Source: Candidatus Eiseniibacteriota bacterium (lineage in GTDB: Bacteria; Eisenbacteria; RBG-16-71-46). From it: a stretch of 42,129 nt of DNA. Location of the stretch: assembly GCA_031364845.1 (NCBI GenBank), contig JANLWX010000205.1:1-42129 (forward strand), given 5' to 3'. This document shows, in pieces, positions 40,389 through 42,129 of the stretch. The stretch's first letter is position 1. Each line of letters begins with the position of its first letter. Both the position numbers and the translations under genes were made by a program. The notes under the pieces were generated by a model. That model did no database searches, was not told where the DNA came from, and saw nothing but the letters and a program-made list of their open reading frames with translations.

Positions 40389-40736
40389 TTACACCGACTC
40401 GCGCTCGGCAAAGCTCGCGATCGCGGTTTCCTCGCTCGGATACACATCGAACACCATCGAGAGCTTCGTGATCACGAAGATGTTCTGGATGCGCTGATCG
40501 ACGCTGCACAGCTTCATCTGCCCGCCGCGACGCACATAGCTCGAATGTGCCGAGATCAGGACGCCGAGCGCGGTCGAATTCAAGTGCTGGGTCTCGCCCA
40601 GATTGATCACCAGGTGCTTGTTGCCGCCCTCGCCGAGCCCCTTGATGGCCTGTTCGAGCTCATCGGTCTCGTCGCCGCCGGTCAGATAGCCCTTGGGCGC
40701 CAGAACCACCACATCACCCACCTGACGCTGCTTCAT
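40389..40736 (-). CDS. STAS-domain protein (anti-sigma factor antagonist-like)
   Basis: LVINLGETQHLNSTALGVLI...GGQMKLC...IFVITKL...VFDVYPSEETAIASF. Confidence 0.9.
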   Translation of the reverse strand: MKQRQVGDVVVLAPKGYLTGGDETDELEQAIKGLGEGGNKHLVINLGETQHLNSTALGVLISAHSSYVRRGGQMKLCSVDQRIQNIFVITKLSMVFDVYPSEETAIASFAERESV

Positions 40737-40842
40737 GTTGCTCCTTCCCGCCGCCGCATGACGGCGGACTGATCGTCCGGGTGCCGACTCTTCCGCGCCC
40801 GGCTCCGTCTGCCGGCGTGGTCGTCACCCCTGCTCCTTCAAA

Positions 40843-42129
40843 TCACTCGCAGCCGATGCTCTTCTTTCCCTTCAAGGCGTCGGGTTGCTTCGGGTCGGCT
40901 TGAAGCGCGCGGCGGTACGCGTCGCACGCCTTAGCGCGGTTGCCCGCGTTCTGATAGCCCTGCCCCAGCCACACGAGCGCCTGAACATCCTGCGGACTGA
41001 TCGTCACCGAGCGCTCCAGCATCTGGATCGCGTCCGGGTAATCCTTCGCCACCAGCCGGTAGAAGCCGAGTTGCCGCAAGGCCACACCGGTGTTCTTGTT
41101 CGTGCTCAGCGAATCCAGTTCGATCGCGCGCTTCAAGGACACCGTGGCCTGTGCGGTCGAATCCACCTGCGCGTACAGAATCCCGAGCCAGAAGTGCCGG
41201 TCGGCTTTCGCGTCGGCGAGCGAAGCCGACTTGCGAAGCGCTTCCAGCGCCTCCGGGTACTGCTTCATCTCCTTGTACGACAATCCGATATAGTAGTAAG
41301 CCTCGTCGTGGTTTGGGTCAAGCGCGATTCGTCGCTGGAAGAAGGAAATCGCTCCCGGATAGTCCTTCTCGCGGAAACGGAGCTTGCCGAGTTCGTTGAG
41401 CGCGAACTTGCCGTTGCGCGACGACGAATCCGCCGCCACCATCGAGGTGTACAGCGACTCCGCGCGGGCCGTCTCCTTCATGAACACGAGCACCTGCGCC
41501 ATGCGCAGCTGATCCTCGGGTTCCGGATCCGCACGCTGATAATCTGCGATCGCCTTGTCGTACTCCTTGCGGTCGACCATCAGGCGAAACCGGTTGCGGT
41601 ACATCTCCTTCGACTTGTCCCCCAGCGACTCCGCGCGATTCATCGCCGCCAGCGACTCGTCCCGCTGGCCGAGGAAGTACAGCGTGCGGCCGAGCACGCT
41701 CCATCCGCGGGGATCGTCGGGCCGCAGCCGCGTGTAGGCTTCGATCGGAGCCTTCGCCTCCTGGTAGCGGCGTGGATCCGCCGCACCCGAGCGATACAGC
41801 AGATCGCCGAGCGCGAGCAGGCCGGGCGCGTACTCCGGCTCCCGCGCGACCACGTCCTTGTAGATGTCGAGCGCGTCGTTGTAGCGCTGGGCGTAGAACA
41901 TGGCCTGGCCGAGCTTGTAGCGCAGTTCGATGTCGCTCGAATCCTTTTCGATCGCCGACTGGTATTCCGGCACCGCGAGTTCGAACGTGCCCCGGCGCAC
42001 ATAGAAGTCGCCGAGCGCGCGACGCGGCGTCGGATCTTCGGGCGCCTCCTCGCGGGCGCGCGTGTACCACACACCGGCATCGCGCAGCGAGTCGCGGGCG
42101 AGTTCGGCGTCGCCCAGCGCGACCATGAA
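40843..42129 (-). CDS. Tetratricopeptide repeat protein, probably 5'-truncated by window edge
   Basis: Many TPR units (LG..Y...A...Y..A...DP pattern); the frame stays open to the window end. Confidence 0.9.
   Translation of the reverse strand, partial: FMVALGDAELARDSLRDAGVWYTRAREEAPEDPTPRRALGDFYVRRGTFELAVPEYQSAIEKDSSDIELRYKLGQAMFYAQRYNDALDIYKDVVAREPEYAPGLLALGDLLYRSGAADPRRYQEAKAPIEAYTRLRPDDPRGWSVLGRTLYFLGQRDESLAAMNRAESLGDKSKEMYRNRFRLMVDRKEYDKAIADYQRADPEPEDQLRMAQVLVFMKETARAESLYTSMVAADSSSRNGKFALNELGKLRFREKDYPGAISFFQRRIALDPNHDEAYYYIGLSYKEMKQYPEALEALRKSASLADAKADRHFWLGILYAQVDSTAQATVSLKRAIELDSLSTNKNTGVALRQLGFYRLVAKDYPDAIQMLERSVTISPQDVQALVWLGQGYQNAGNRAKACDAYRRALQADPKQPDALKGKKSIGCE

Overview
High-GC window from a diderm (TolC/TonB-bearing) bacterium. 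Every credible gene is on the minus strand; the long plus-strand ORFs are antisense shadows. In transcription order (right to left): a truncated TPR protein, two STAS proteins, exbB-exbD-exbD-tonB-tonB; a Yip1-TolC-MacA-like-ATPase-two-permease exporter; uvrA; tdh-kbl-gcvT-gcvH-gcvPA-gcvPB (threonine to glycine, then glycine cleavage); two small hypothetical genes; a six-gene uncharacterised module (GlmL-like ASKHA ATPase, a barrel-sandwich-hybrid/KOW protein, an FN3 membrane protein and three further membrane proteins); a LipM/LplA-family lipoyl enzyme; an Opp/Dpp-type ABC importer with two tandem binding proteins; a 1.2 kb non-coding region; and the start of a bacterial microcompartment operon (BMC-H, BMC-H, BMC-P, and an EutE-type aldehyde dehydrogenase that runs off the left edge and is absent from the ORF track). 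The most striking unexplained feature is in the non-coding gap (2316-3505): two tandem paralogous units 530 bp apart. Each has a sigma54-type -24/-12 promoter, a predicted ~290-nt multi-stem RNA with covarying helices, an identical loop-displayed 17-nt anti-Shine-Dalgarno-like sequence, and its own terminator. The second candidate new system is the GlmL-like ATPase/membrane module with no adjacent mutase. All calls were made by eye from motifs; no database searches or folding programs were run.
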